DNA of 64,000 nt from Eledone cirrhosa (lineage: Eukaryota). The notes beneath the pieces are model-generated. The model was given only the letters and a program-made list of their open reading frames with translations. It searched no databases and was not told the DNA's origin. Shown in pieces: positions 1 to 14,805 of this stretch. The stretch covers positions 72,602,001 through 72,666,000 of the forward strand of contig OZ024745.1 in NCBI GenBank assembly GCA_964016885.1, given 5' to 3'. Each line of letters opens with the position of its first letter. The first letter of the stretch is position 1. The position numbers and the translations under genes were made by a program.

Positions 1-55
<55 letters not shown>

Positions 56-215
56 GTATATGTATATATATGTATATATAAATAATATATATATATATAT
101 ATATAGTAGTAATAATAAATTTGAAGACTAAAATCCAAAGAGGGCTCGATAAGGATAACTATATATCAAATATATAAGAACCGTAGAGCAAATATATATT
201 AAAATAACAGATTAA

Positions 216-266
216 AGTTTAAGCAAAGAATCGTTGCTTTCACCCTTAACGGGATCTTCTGAAACT
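216..266 (-). ncRNA. type I hammerhead with one core substitution (U4A)
   Basis: Minus strand: AGTTT-CAGAAGA-T CCC gttaa GGG T-GAAA-GCAA cgattct TTGC-TT-AAACT. Confidence 0.62.
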
Positions 267-456
267 AACTTAATCTTCTGAAACTAAATTAATAAATATA
301 TATATATATATATATCCAAAATTAAGATAATCAAAATGATGGGTGTCATGCCAGAAAGACATGCGCCATATCACCCGCAAAATAAGGTCTAAGATTCTAA
401 CGAATAGGTCCGAGCATTTTATAATTCTCCTGTGAATATTCATGTTTATTTATAGT

Positions 457-496
<40 letters not shown>

Positions 497-528
497 TAAT
501 TTAGTTTCAGAAGATTAAGCTAGTTTCA

Positions 529-686
529 GATGAAATAAGTAACAAAAGCTGATTAATGTGAGAACGCTTATAGTAAAAGTATATGCATGTAAACGTATAT
601 ATATATATATATATATATACGTTTACACGCATAAACTTTTACTATAAGTGGTCTCACATTAATCACCTTTTGTTACTTATTTCATC
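529..686. repeat. palindrome centred on (TA)n, 67-bp arms
   Basis: 529-595 versus the reverse complement of 620-686, five mismatches. Confidence 0.93.
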
Positions 687-2655
687 CCAACTAACTATCT
701 ATCCACACCCTCAAATGAAAAACATATCGTTGAATTCTGACGTTCATAACACTACGTTGCATTTTAACCTATCTAATATCTCTTCACGAGAAGTGCATCT
801 ATTCAAGAACTCATTTACAAAACTAATTCCACTCTTCTGCAGTCACATTAACTCTTGATATCAAGCCACATCAAATAGCGACTGGTTCTACAATACAATT
901 TATATTCATATTTTTTTCGAAAAATATAGCATCATAATTCCATATAAAGAATATTTAAGTTTTGATTCAAATACCATCTGAAAATATGACAAAGTTCGTT
1001 ATATTTCCATATCTCTCCCTTTACTTTTATTTTTAAGATTGAAAACCGTTTGTTTTAAAATCTCTCTATATATTTTAAAGCCTTTCATCATAATTCTATA
1101 TACGAATCGTTGAGTTAATGCTCCAAACACCATCAACGTAATTGTATTCCTAGACCTTGTCCATTCTTTTATTATTTCTTGTATCTTTCTCAGGTCGAAT
1201 TTCTCCAGTGTCAACCTCATCTTTTATGTCACCTGTCCTGAAATCAGTTATAATGACTATATAACTACTGCGATAGTTAAGAAGAAAAATATTGTTTATG
1301 GCAGTAACTATAGTAGTAGTAGTGATAATTGTTAGTTCAATAATCTTCTTTTGGCGTCTAGGCAATAAATATTTTCCTTTTTGTTCGTATATGAGAATTC
1401 CTTTTATAGGCCACAATGGCGCTCGACGCTGGGGATAATACAAGGACGAAAAACTAGAAATAGCCTGTTGTAACTCATGAATTTATGCTGCTGCTGCTTC
1501 TGCTAATAATAATAATAAAGAAAATAATGATAAGGATAATAATAATCCTCTGTAGGCCAAAAAGCCTGTATATATAATAAAATCGTGTCATACAAAAGAT
1601 ATTTTAATACGTGTGTGTATGTATTAATAATGAATAGTTGTAGAAAAAAATAGGCAATACAATATAAGACATTTTAGAAATTTATTAAGCAAAAGAAATG
1701 CAAATAAATACAAATAAGGCCAAACCATCCATGCAGGTGTAAAGAGTTGCCTGGGCATAATGTAGGCATAATAAAAGCAAACTACGGTTGCAAATCACCA
1801 GCAAATTTTTACAAATTCTATCTTAAGTTCGAGCTGAGCTGAGCCGTAAATTGAAGCAATCGCTCTGCTGTCGATATACACATCTGACAAAGTAATTAGT
1901 AGACATCTATATTCTAGGGTCACCTGGCAGTCGTCTTCATCTCCTCCTCAGACAAAACAATATTTAGTTCATGTTTTTAAAAGCTATGAACACGTTTCTA
2001 TATGCACTGTATCGATCGATGGAGGACTCATCGTATTACATATCGCCTAGGATGTCCTCAACCCTTTTCAAGAGGGCATATGGAATCCTTCTCTCTTATT
2101 TCCTTCGAAAATCAAAATAAACGAATACAGAGGGCTATCACCAACTCTTGGAAAACTTTCAGATAAGGAAGTTTACAATATTCCTCCATCATTCCTTCTT
2201 TTCCTTGAGCTGGCTAAATTCGAGCCATTCTTTCTGACCCTAAACGTTTGCAGATAATAAGATGTTATAGCTGTCCCTTCTATTACGTTGCTGTTCATAT
2301 CATTTTGTTCACACCGCCCCTGTAAATGTTTGAAAGTTTTTTGGTGGTGAACAAAACAAAGACGACATTTCATTTTTATAAAGTAATGCTAAACTCCGTT
2401 CAAAATAGCAATAGAATTAATTTAGACACAAGGCCAAACCTTTTGACGGGAAGAGAAGGACGATTATACCAACCCCAATTATTTACAGGTGCTTTATTGT
2501 ATCGATCCAGTAAGGATGAAAGGTAACATTGACCTCGGTGGATTTATACTCAAAACTTAAAAGGCGGTAACAAAATGCTGCAAAGCATTTTGTCCGATGC
2601 TCTTACGGTTCTGCCAAAACACCACCCTAATAATAATAATAATAATAATAATAAT

Positions 2656-2980
2656 GACACGAGAGTGCAAGAGAAGGAGAGGGAGAAAATTAACCGATAC
2701 CAGGACTTAAAGTGGGAGGTAAAAAGGATTTGGAACTGCCATGAAGTCAAAGTGGTCCCGATTGTCATAGGCGCACTAGGGACTATCTCAAAAAGTTTCC
2801 AATGATGGTTAAAGAAAATTGGCCCCGCCCGCTTTTTGGAACACTTCAAAAGGCATGCTTGCTGGGAAAAGCAAGAACCCTCTGATACGTCCTGAATATC
2901 TGAGGCTGCAGGTAGTGGTTTGATATTCATTTCAACAAACTTTCCAGTTAACTAACATCAATGACTGAGACTCAAAGAAC
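2656..2980 (+). mobile_element. R4/Dong-type non-LTR retrotransposon 3' fragment (restriction-like endonuclease end)
   Basis: Reads DTRVQEKEREKINRYQDLKWEVKRIW...VVPIVIGALG, with stops and a frameshift afterwards. (AAT)n on both sides. Confidence 0.8.
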
Positions 2981-3021
<41 letters not shown>

Positions 3022-3407
3022 TAATAATGGTTTCTGATTTAGGCACCAGGCTAGCAATTTGTGGAGGTGGGGATCGATTAAATCGACCCCAGTGCATTAC
3101 TGGTGCTTTATTTTATCGACCCCGGGGGAATTTGATCTCAATAATAATAATAATAATTAGAAAAGAAGAATCACTAAACGATTGTAAACAGGTGTATAAA
3201 TGTAGGACCAGCCGCCAAATCTATAAAAAATAAATAGGTGAACACAAACTTTAAAACATCCAGACTGACTAAATATTTAAGGTTGTAGTGACATTTTGCA
3301 GTTTTATTATTGTTGATTTAATATAGTTTTGCTAGACTGCACAATTTTCATACATGCAATTCTCATCTGACATTTGTATGCATGCAGATTTATGTATTTT
3401 ACACACG

Positions 3408-3532
<125 letters not shown>

Positions 3533-5846
3533 AGATTACTGCAGCATGAGATGGTATTGCAAGGAATCTAGTTACTACCAAATTGGAGGATGTTATCGGA
3601 ATATTTTTGAGGGCGTGGATGCATTCGAAGCGCAGGCATAAGCCAGATGGCGCTCCTAATCCATCGACAGATTAAGACTACCAGCATATGTGGATGTAGA
3701 GGAAACTTTTCAAAGTTGATTTGGATGAACGTTTTACGAACTTCTTGGTAAATTATTTGGTTGAGTTCAGATGTATTGACTAAAATAATTACATTGTGAT
3801 ACGGTCATGGTACCCATTAATCGCACACGCACACACACACACACGCACACATACGCATACACACATATACACATTAATTTAAGCACTTTCACATCAATAT
3901 TAGTTACTCATATTGATTTCTAATTCAGACACAATACCTGCAATGTGAGGTTTCAATTAGATCGATCTCATTGGTACTGTATTTTATTGACCCCATAATG
4001 GTGAAAGACAAAGTTGACGTCGACAGTATTTGAATTCATTTGGTAAAGAAGCGTTATAAAATCCCATTAGGCATTTTGTCCAACACTCTAACACTTTTGG
4101 TAATCGACCGATTTGTAACAGTTATATTTACTATTGCTTAATAAACTCTTACGTCTTACATCACCGATCTGAACACTATGCAAATGGAAGCCGGAATTGT
4201 TCTGTTAAGTACGTCAAAGAATTGATGTACTTCTTATTTATAGCTTCTATGTATGCTGCTGAATGATATTCTACAGATTATGAAATGCTATACAACTAAA
4301 ATATAATACTCTCTCGAATATTTAAAACTCATTGATATAGTTTTTCCTTTTTCTCTCAGTCTTCCGCATTGATGTTCAATTCGTAGTCTTCAAATGCATT
4401 TACATGTCATCCAATACCCTTGGGATATTGAGACCATCTTTTGAACGTAGCTTCCTAATTGTCATTCATATATAATTTACTAAAGCGGTATCGGCAAAGC
4501 ATTTGGCAAAATGCTTTGTGGTATTTAGTTATGAATTTGTATGTTCTGATTCATAGGCGGCGAATTAACTGAGCCGTTAGAACATCTAATGTTCTAACAA
4601 TGCTTTGCGGTATTCTTTTCGGCTCTCTGCTCTCTGAGTTCAAATTCCACCGAGGTCGATAAAATGTACCTGTCAAGTACTGGAGTCGTTTCGTCCTCTA
4701 TATCATATTCTCGATTCCATTCGTTCACTCTCTATGTTTCTCTGGAAGAAATCTGCTGTATTTAGACGTGGGGAGGATTAGACTCCGTCAGGTTTGAAAA
4801 TGCCATAGAAACGCCGTTTCTCAATACAGCGCCCTTATACCTCCCCCAGGAGTTAAGAGACCATGCTATGCATGTTCGGATTTCAAATCCCGCCGAGGGA
4901 TTCAATAACATAAAAATATCAGTTAAATACTGTGGCGAAATAATCGAGTTTCTTCTTTCCCCAAGTTTCTGGCCTTGTGCCAGAAATCATATAAGAAATC
5001 ATATAATTCACTTGGCCATTTGTTGCTTTGAGATCAAGGATTCACTCATTCGTTTTAAATGGATCAGCACAACGTTCTTCACTGAATAGTAGCCATTTCT
5101 TCTTCAAGACTTGACAGTCTGTGCTTTGTGTTTTTTAACCAGCTAACAGATGTGACAGTCCAACTTCCGGCGCTATACTGGAGCGTGGATTATAGTATAC
5201 TAGTCAATATCAAAATATACGTTTCTGAACATTTTAGTTGATGTGTAAAGTATAGATGTATCAATGCTATGCTACTACTATCAGAATACAATTGTTTAAT
5301 ATGTAGATAACGTCCCACATAGAAAGTTGACATTTAAAAGACATTTAACTTAAATTCTACTTATCACTTTCCAAAATGTTCCAGCTTAGGGACACGCCAA
5401 ATCTATGGCGGTGTTTTCAGAAGAACTTTTCTTTTATGAAATATCACATTTTTCTCTGAGTTTGTCATATTTAAGGGAGGCATTTGATACTAATATAAAA
5501 ACTAAATTACATTTTAGCAAAGGTTTTTCTACGATCGTTTATTTTAGTGTGTATAAATGTTTAAATGTTTAAAATATATCTTGGCTAAAAATATCTCATA
5601 TGACGTACTTTTTATTCGCCTTTTAAAAATATTAAATAAAGTTATTTTAAATATTTGCTGTTTAAATGTATATAATTTCAGATCTTCCTTTGATGGTATA
5701 TAATATTTCATGGATTTCTTTCTCTAATCACAATTTAAAGACCATTTCTCTCATGATGTATTTTCAATGTTTTCTCCATGGTGTCTACCATATTTATAAC
5801 GCCCCACTATACACACACACAATATATATATGCATACACACACACG

Positions 5847-5981
<135 letters not shown>

Positions 5982-7892
5982 AAACACACACACACTTCGA
6001 CTTATTTGACTGAATATAGCATCATAAAAAGGCAGACATCAATACTTTTTTTTTCTTCAACTTCCCAGTTGTGAGAAACCGTACTTTGTCAAATGTTTAT
6101 TATCGAATAACCTGCGTTGATTTCCCATGTCACTCAATCTGGTTGTAGTTAATATTTCCAATCTTAAATTCAACATCAGTTATCAAATAACATTCCATTG
6201 GGTTTCATCTATTAGTATTTTAAGAACGATGTAATCAAACTAAATTTCTTATCATATTATGGCCTCCATTGCTTCCTGATTGTGACTTCCTCATTTTATT
6301 TTCCCTATCATGAACGTATTATTCACCTAAACTTAGTTTAAATGACAAATGGGCATTATCTTTGTCTTTTTCTTTCAGAGAACCATTAAAACATTTCCTG
6401 TCATTTGTATTGCTCTTTTCTAATTCTCAATTCTTTAAATAAATATATTTCTAGTGATATATTTTGCCAACAAAATAATTTTACATTTCAGAAATTCATC
6501 TTCTTTTCTGGAGATTATATTTTGATATTGATCTGCAAATTATAATGTTTTGAATCTATCAGAATTCCAATTTACACCACAAAGTTTGTTGTAAAGGTAG
6601 CTGTAGTTTCCTATTATGTTTAGGAATGATTCTTTATTAGTTTCAACACATGCTTTCCACAGTTACTTTATGCTACGGAACCAGAGAATGCCTGACTATC
6701 GATCCTCAAAAGAACTAACATGCACTCTCCGTAAATCATTCATTCGGATTAAAGAACACAAGTGAATCTTCTGTTAAAATAACATCGCCCACGATATCTT
6801 TGTAATTATGTAAGCTATCGAACGAAATATCGGACACTTAAGAATAAATGTATCTATTCTCATTTAACATTATTATTATGAGATCTTCTACCATCTTCAA
6901 ATGCATATATGCCACAAATATTATTCTAGATACATCTTTGAAATGATAATGTTATTTCGTTTCGTTCCGAATTAAAACGAAAAAGATTGAAATACTTTCA
7001 TATGCATTTATGTTTATCAAATTTCACTGATTTATGAACCTCATTATTTAACGAAAAGTTTACCTGATTTTCAGCTTTTACAATTTTTCTTGTAGCGATA
7101 TTTTGAAGATGTCTGGACTATTTCGTGTCGTTTGTGTATGTGGAAGTCATTTTATTATATTGTATAATATATTGATGTTGTTGTAATCGTTGTAACAGAG
7201 ACCGTTATTGTACTTAAAATATATTTGTATTGTAAATTTGTAATTGTAATTTTGTATGGGTTTTTTTTGTCATGTTTACCTCCTGCGCTAAGCATTGCTA
7301 TTGAACCTGCAACGCCTTTGCTTATTCAACATATAAAAGAACATCTCATCTCGGAAAGCTTAATATGCTACAATTCAATCATAAATAATATTTGTTGCTG
7401 TAACTAAATATAGGCATACAGTCTCATTCATACACACTCACAAACACGTAGGCAGTAAACTTAAAAAGATATCCCAAAGTGATTTAGATAAATGTTCATA
7501 TAACTTTAGACGTAATACACACGTTAATATTTATATGAAATACAAAAATAGTTATTTGGAATACCATACACTCACACGCATACACAAACTTATATGTATA
7601 CTTACACAGGCACACACACATATAAATATATCATACAGTAATATTTCACTATATTTAGTGAGCAATATATTATATTAACATGACTTTCTTATGTGGATTA
7701 ACAAGAACTTAGCTGCACATATATTGATGCAGGTAAATATATAAATATGCTTCCAAGTAATTGCTAGAGACTCAAGCAAATATTAATCATTTCCAAAGAT
7801 GCGCGCACATTTGCGCCTTACATATATACATATATTCAATAGATTATTTAGATGTTGCTAACATTTGTATCGCGCTTGTTTGTATTTTTCAG

Positions 7893-7940
7893 AAGTAACC
7901 AGGGTCCACTGTCTCGAGTGGACAGGCAACCATCCAGAGA
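7893..7940 (+). CDS. possible 48-nt exon of the same gene
   Basis: TGTATTTTTCAG acceptor and GTATGT donor. Open in phase 2-2 (SNQGPLSRVDRQPSRE), which joins the 13989 exon in frame. No domain signature. Confidence 0.3.
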
Positions 7941-9182
7941 GTATGTGTGTCTCTTTATTGTGACTAAATTCATACTTCCGTTTTGTCATGTCATGATAAT
8001 AGGGCTTCCTAACAACCGTGTCCCTTGCAAACATGAAAGGAATACGTCTACTCTTTGAAGCGGCAATTTTCATCTGCTTCGCGCTTAACATTGCATGTTA
8101 TATAAAGTAGAAGGAAAGACTGCAAGTTGAAGAAAAGCATAATTGATATTTTTTTAAGTATAACACAGTTTATCTTTAAACATTTAACTAAACGATTCTC
8201 CTTCAATTCTTTTCTCTTCGGCAGAACTATATTTCAAAGTTTAACCTTAATTCTACTCATAAATATAACACAAATCATCCCTGTTCTGACTCTAAATAAC
8301 ACTATTCCTATTTTTCAACAATATTTCAGAGCTAACATATTTTTCATAATTATTTAAGTCATCCTTCAAAGCATAACCCTTCTTTTATCTTTAAGTATAA
8401 CAAAACATGCATTCTTGAGAATATCATTAATATATTTGTTTATGTGATAAATAACTTATCTTCTTCAGTGTGATGTGCCATGTATAATATATTCTAAAAT
8501 GTATCGATAATACACTTACTTCATCTCAAAATTTCTAGCTTTTTGTATGAGAAATCTATTTATACTTAACCTTATCATCAATCATATGAAGAAAAAATTC
8601 CATTTCTCATTCGTTTATTCCTTCATCATTATTTGTTTAATTATTTTTAAATAGAGCTTAAATTATGTAATAGATGTAGATTAGAGTAATATTGAATTAT
8701 CATAAGGAAATTACCCTTGTCACGGAAGTTGTATATCTAATAAAATATCATGGAAATTATAATGATCAATTATAAACACATGTTTACTGTGTTAAATACA
8801 ATCAAATTAAATAGAGGTTTTGAAGCAGTTAAATAAATAATTCCTATAACGATTGCGTTGATAATCACGCAAATACTTTCTTTAACTTCTCACTGTAAGT
8901 TTAACCCTTTATAAATAAATATATGTAATACAAAGAAAGGGATACGTGGTGTGAAGTACAAAAGTTTCCTACAAAGGTAACATTGAATAGCTATGCAATA
9001 TCTACAAATTTCATATAACATGGCCGTATTTTAAACGTCTATTAAATATAGATTTTGAGAGCACTCAGTTCAAACTGTCCTCAAATTCTTCTCTGTATAG
9101 TTTTGCAATAATTGTAATCTATTCTTTGATATTTGAAAAAGAAATCTATAATTGCTGTTACTATCTGTATATAAATATCGGA

Positions 9183-9370
9183 CAACATGTTTTGCAGCAT
9201 ATATTTACGGCTCCTTACGTTCTGAGTTTCAAATTCCGCCGAGGTTAGCTTTGTCTTTCATCCTTATGTTGTAGATAAATAAACTACCAGTAATACATTG
9301 CGGTCAATATAATCGACTAACCGCTTCGCTTCAAATTGCTCGCTTTATGCCAAATTTAGAAACAATTATG
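9183..9370 (+). mobile_element. SINE family A, diverged
   Basis: TTACGTTCTGAGTTTCAAATTCCGCCGAGG...AGAAACAATTAT. Other decayed copies lie near 2420-2610(-), 3030-3130(-), 3920-4100(-), 4555-4690, 4870-4995, 23965-24130(-), 25990-26180, 49200-49320 and 53205-53280. Confidence 0.7.
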
Positions 9371-10266
9371 TTAATGAACAGAGATCTTTGAAAATCTAAT
9401 GTCGTTCAAGATAATGGTTTCTGTCATAGACACAGGACTCCAAACTTTGGTAGTGATGCATATTGAATTAAATAGACCTGCGGCTTCACAGATAATATAT
9501 TTTATCGATTTACGGAATGATAAACGTTAACACCGGAAGAAAATCAAATCAAAAGGTAAAGGCATGTAACAGAATGCAGGAAAGCCATTTACTGTTTGTC
9601 TTCTGAAAGCGCTACTCTAGCATAGCCTGTCACCCACCACCTCCAAGCTTCTTACAATAGTAAAAATAAATCCACTTCCGTATCTCACACAGCAACTAAG
9701 ACAGAATCTATAGATGTACATTTAGTATACATTTTAAAAATATTTATATTTGACATTATAAGAAAGAATTTGAGACAGCCGTTCAGCATGCGATAAATAC
9801 ATAGGTGGAGGCCCGTCAGTGGATCTGTTTCTCATCCTGTCACAAATTATTTCTTATAATGCCCAATATCACTTTACATGGAAAATCGCAGTAGTTATTT
9901 CATTCATAAAATATTTTTATATTATAGATATAGTACAAGAATAATTTCTAGATGATAAAACTAAAAAAACGTTCATTTCTCCAATTATGTCATTAATTCA
10001 GTTTTGTGCTTTACTTCATTTGTTGGCTTTTCTTTCCTTCTTCTTTTCTTTCTTTTCTTTCTTCACAGCAGTTCTCGATCAGCCATCTGAATTTCATAAA
10101 ACCTAAACTGTATTTCTTATTTCACGGCTATTTATATTTGATATACCAAATATAAACCATAGATATATACTTTGCATATGTATGCCTGTATATATATTTA
10201 TATGTATGCCTGTATATATATATTTATATGTATGTATGTATATATATATATATATATGTACGTATG

Positions 10267-10307
<41 letters not shown>

Positions 10308-11250
10308 GTATGTATATGTATTTATATATATGTATGTATATGTATGTATGTATGTATGAACATATGTATACATGTATGTATACAAAGGTACTCTTATATA
10401 AAAACACTAACGCTAGACACATATCACGCTTTCTCGTATTGATAAGTGTCTTCACTAACACTATATCATATCCAGGCTTCTCTACCATCAACATGATGCT
10501 AAGCTTGTAGCATTAACTGTTTTGTTCTTTAATGCCTCAGTATTTCTGTTATAGACAATGTTATCATTTGTTTGTTAAATGTTATTGTTATTGTTGATGT
10601 CGTTGTTGTTATTGTTTTATCATCCACTTTCAAAACTTGTTTGCAGCGTTAACCTAATGGAATCTTACAGCTAGTATTTGGTATACACACTTGCAAAAAT
10701 AATGTGAATAATACATCTTTCCTATGAAAGACATATATTAATATAATTATATATATATATATGATAAAAATCACACATATCTTAAAATATAAGCATCACA
10801 TAATTTGAAACCCTTAGATATAATCACAATAAATACATGAAAATAAGGATACCAGGTGTAATACATTTGTACATTGCCCAGTGCAAAGAATATATATATT
10901 TATACATATATACGTGAGTATATATAGATGAGTATCTATACCTACACATATATGTGCATACATATTACAAATGGTTGTATATATTGAATATGTTCATGCG
11001 TAAAATATCTAGGACTGTATTTACCCATATATTTTCATATTATAGTGCATTACTAAGAAGAGTCCTAATCGTTGCACGTATTCAATATACATATTTGTGA
11101 ATGTTAACATCATGTTTAGTCTAAGTATACATTAATATGCTTTATGCACGTATGCGTCTATACTCACCTGCATTGTGCATAAATGATATGCATACAATCA
11201 TGCATTTGTACTTAAACTGTTAATACATATAATGTCGCTGGTCACCTGTC

Positions 11251-11632
11251 ATTGGCAGTATTGGTAGAGGGTCGGACGCCATCTTTCGAGCATAGTTACG
11301 TCCCTTTACGGTCTGAGTTCAAATCCTGCCGAGGTTAACTTTGCCTTTCATCCTTACGGGGTCGATAAAATAAAGTACCAGTAATACACTGGCTAATTGC
11401 TGGCCTTGTGCCAAAAGTAGAAACAATTATGATTAATGTGGATTGGCAGTATCGGTAGAGAGTCGGACACCATGCTTTGAAGCATAGAATTACGTCCCTT
11501 TATGATCTGAGTTCAAATCCCGCCGAGGTTAACTTTGCCTTTCATCCTTACGGGGTCGATAAAATAAAGTACCAGTAATGTACTGGGTAATTGCTGGCCT
11601 TGTGCCTAAAATAGAAACAATTATGATTAATG
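11251..11632 (+). mobile_element. tandem pair of tRNA-derived SINEs (family A)
   Basis: Two head-to-tail copies with A-box-like TGGCAGTATCGG, B-box-like GAGTTCAAATCC, central GAGGTTAACTTTGCCTTTCATCCTTACGGGGTCGATAAA and tail GGCCTTGTGCC..AGAAACAATTAT. Both end in GATTAATG. Confidence 0.88.
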
Positions 11633-13198
11633 ATAATTCTAAAAGGTAAGGGGGGGGGGGGTCACATATTTCGTAGATATTACGAATTTAGTTGAAGATC
11701 ACAAACAATATTACGTTTTTCTTTACGTTTTCTATTGTTTTAGTTTTTCTTTATTTAGATCACCGAAATTATTGCGAGCTTTTAGGTGAACATTCTTTAT
11801 ATCTTAACATTTTAAACACACATTAAGCAAGGAGTACTTAACATTTCGTGTGCTTATGGTCATTAAGCGAATGTCATTGAATGAGATAATGTTATCTTAC
11901 TTGCTTACTTTAGGTTGCCATTCGAAATCACCGAGGTATTTAAAAACGTTTATGAAAGAAAAATGTTTGTATATGTATTTTTCCTTTCTTTTTAATATTC
12001 GCCAACAAATGCAGAAATAACACTCTTTTTGTAAATCAACGATGGCTGTTCACAAACATTTCGGTGGTGTCATTGCTAAGTTTATAAACTACAAGTCGTA
12101 TGTCATTCAAATCATCATATTGAACTTCACTGCAGATGTTTCATTATGTAACTGAGAAGATAATTACACTCGGTGTGCCTTCGAGTCCGAACATAACGTA
12201 TTAGAGATAGCTTCTAAAATACAGAGAGTTTAATGTCTTATATGAAGCCTATTGTATCAGTTATTATTCGCTGAGATAATATTTTCGCTTCGATTCCCAC
12301 ATAATGGAGACTGGGATGTATTGCTGCAGAATCTCTTTGATATATTACTTACAAATCGTTAACTTTAAATGCTTCATAGTTACTGCTGATGTTCCTTGCT
12401 ACTAGTTGTTTGTACAGCGTATAGGTTTCTAGAGTGCATGATATATCGTAACTCTCTGATAATCAGGTATCGGTCAATTACAATACTTCACTGGTGATTG
12501 ACTCAGTTGGTAAAGCATTTGGAACTGAAGAGTCCGGCCCTCTTAAATAAATATTCATTGTGTGAATATAACAAGGTCAGTGGTAAGTAAATTGTTAGAT
12601 TTTTATGTGATCTCAAAGTGATTGCAAACACATCACATCACTATATATTGTGAAATACGCTATAACTATCTCATAAATGAAAGTTAGAGAATTCGCCGGC
12701 AAATAGTTCCGTAATTTAACGGCCCTTTCAAGCTGTTGTGATTTTTACATACATTGCATATTTTCAGCTGAACTTCACTAACAAAATCAAAACATAAAAT
12801 AATGCCCTATTAACTATACTCATCATATTCATATCATTGATTTCAACGATGTACGTTCAATATCACAAAATATTTACATGCCTTTCATTCAGTTAAATTT
12901 CATGTATGAAAGTTGTTTTGCCAGGAGCTAATAACAGTTACTAATTCGAAGATATTAAAACAATATCAATTTAGTATAAACAGTTCGTATGCCATTCCTG
13001 CCAACAAGCACGATAATAAATGATATAAATTACATTATTCATTCTTCTCAAACAGATAAAAGAGAAATGAAAATCAATTGACCAATGACATGATATTAGT
13101 TTAAAATAATGGGATTCGTGTTTCATAAAGCCAGGCATTTTAAAGTTCGATATCTGTATGAACGGGCCCCCATTTCACATTATGTATCCTTCCATGAA

Positions 13199-13425
13199 GG
13201 TGGTGGATTGGCAGTATTGGTAGGGGGGGTCGGACGCCATTCTGTGCAGCATAGAGTTACGCCCCTTTATAGTCTGAGTTCAAATCCCGCCGAGGTTAAC
13301 TTTGCCTTTCATCCTTACGGGGTCGATAAAATAAAGCACCAGTAATGCACTGGGGTCGATTTATTCGACTTTTCCTTCCCCTTAAAAAAATTGCTGGCCT
13401 TGTGCCTAAATTAGAAACAATTATT
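13199..13425 (+). mobile_element. SINE family A, full length
   Basis: Same head, central domain and tail as 11251-11632. Confidence 0.88.
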
Positions 13426-13787
13426 TATCGCTCCATGCGTTCAGCCAGGCTGACTATGAATAAACTTTACGTTGGTGATGCAACAATCCCTTATTAAGAG
13501 ATCTTTTCGTCCATTTCCATATATATATATAACGCCCCATTGGTCATACTATCCACATAGAGGTGGGAAACATTGTAGATACGGATTCAAGGAGATGAAT
13601 AGTTGCATTGTTTATCGCAGGATATCTCTGTTAAGTTAATTGACATTTTCACAATACAAAGTTTAATATTTTGTTTTTGTTCTGTGTACAAAGTGTCACA
13701 TTTTATCCGTACGATACCATGCTACATAAACAGGATCTAACATTTTAACCGTTTCTTTCTTTTTCTGTCAGATATCTTAAAACGATT

Positions 13788-13888
<101 letters not shown>

Positions 13889-13988
13889 TACTTATGTGGT
13901 GTGTGTGTCTGTGTCTGTGTCTGTGTGAATATGTTTTACATTTTCATATATAATCAACAATTGTCATGGTTTATGTCCCTACCTATAG

Positions 13989-14190
13989 ATGGAGAATTGG
14001 TAAGTTTGGTCCGTGCACAGCAGAATGCGGCGGTGGACTGCAATATCGACGCGTTGAATGTATTCAGGGAAATCAAGAAATCAGCAGAGTCGTCGACAGA
14101 AATTTATGTCCCTTACCATATCCATCCAGTGAGCAGACGTGCAATAACCATAAGTGTGGTTCTTTGTGGTCTGTTGGTCTATGGAGCAGT
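13989..14190 (+). CDS. ADAMTS-like (punctin/MADD-4 type) internal exon, TSP1 repeat
   Basis: AG at 13987-13988 and GTAAGT at 14191. Translates WRIGKFGPCTAECGGGLQYRRVEC...CNNHKCGSLWSVGLWSS (W..C...CG.G.Q.R.V.C TSP1 pattern). Ends in phase 0, matching the next exon. Confidence 0.93.
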
Positions 14191-14621
14191 GTAAGTAATT
14201 TACTCTTTGTTCGTTGTTTCTTTGTTTTTTTATATTAAAATGTTTATCTGATCGTTAGCTTCTTTCATAACTTACGCTACAACATCGTCATAAATTACTG
14301 AATACCATTTTAAATAATTCACATAGTATTTAAATTAATCAATCAAAAACAAAATTCTTATTACGATTATACTTGCAACTGATTAAAACCTATGTTCTCT
14401 TTACTACCTTTAGTGCGGCAGCTTGCACGTAACTTTATTATATCTATAGATTTACTCAGAGTCGACAAGTTTGTGTATATAGATTTATACAGCATAATAT
14501 TAGGCCACATTCCTTCTTTATAAGAGTATTTGTGGTTTATATAATTCATAAAGCAGCCGGGTGTTGCGTTTGTCAAAGCTCTGTACTTTGTGGTGGGTAT
14601 GTTAATAACATTATTTTTCTC

Positions 14622-14805
14622 GTGGATTGGCAGTATCGGTCGAGGGTCGGACGCCATGCTTTCCAGCATAGTTACGTCCCTTTACGATCTGAGTTCAAAT
14701 CCCGCCGAGGTTGACTTTGCCTTTCATCCTTACGGGGTCGATAAAATAAAGTACCAGTAATGCACTGGGTAATTGCTGGCTTGTGCCTAAAGTAGAAACA
14801 ATTAT
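14622..14805 (+). mobile_element. SINE family A with 15-bp target-site duplication
   Basis: ATTATTTTTCTCGTG at 14610-14624 and 14801-14815 brackets the copy. Confidence 0.9.

Noticed and set aside
6060-6660. Minus-strand stretch with coding-like composition, also about 900-1300
   Set aside because: Multiple stops and no motif I can name.
10405-10465. Minus-strand GTGAAGA...GAAA...GTC hammerhead-like string
   Set aside because: Core C3 is changed and helices II and III pair poorly.
11251-11632. tRNA genes or a CRISPR-like array
   Set aside because: The A/B boxes belong to SINE heads without a full cloverleaf, and the repeats are SINE copies in eukaryotic DNA.
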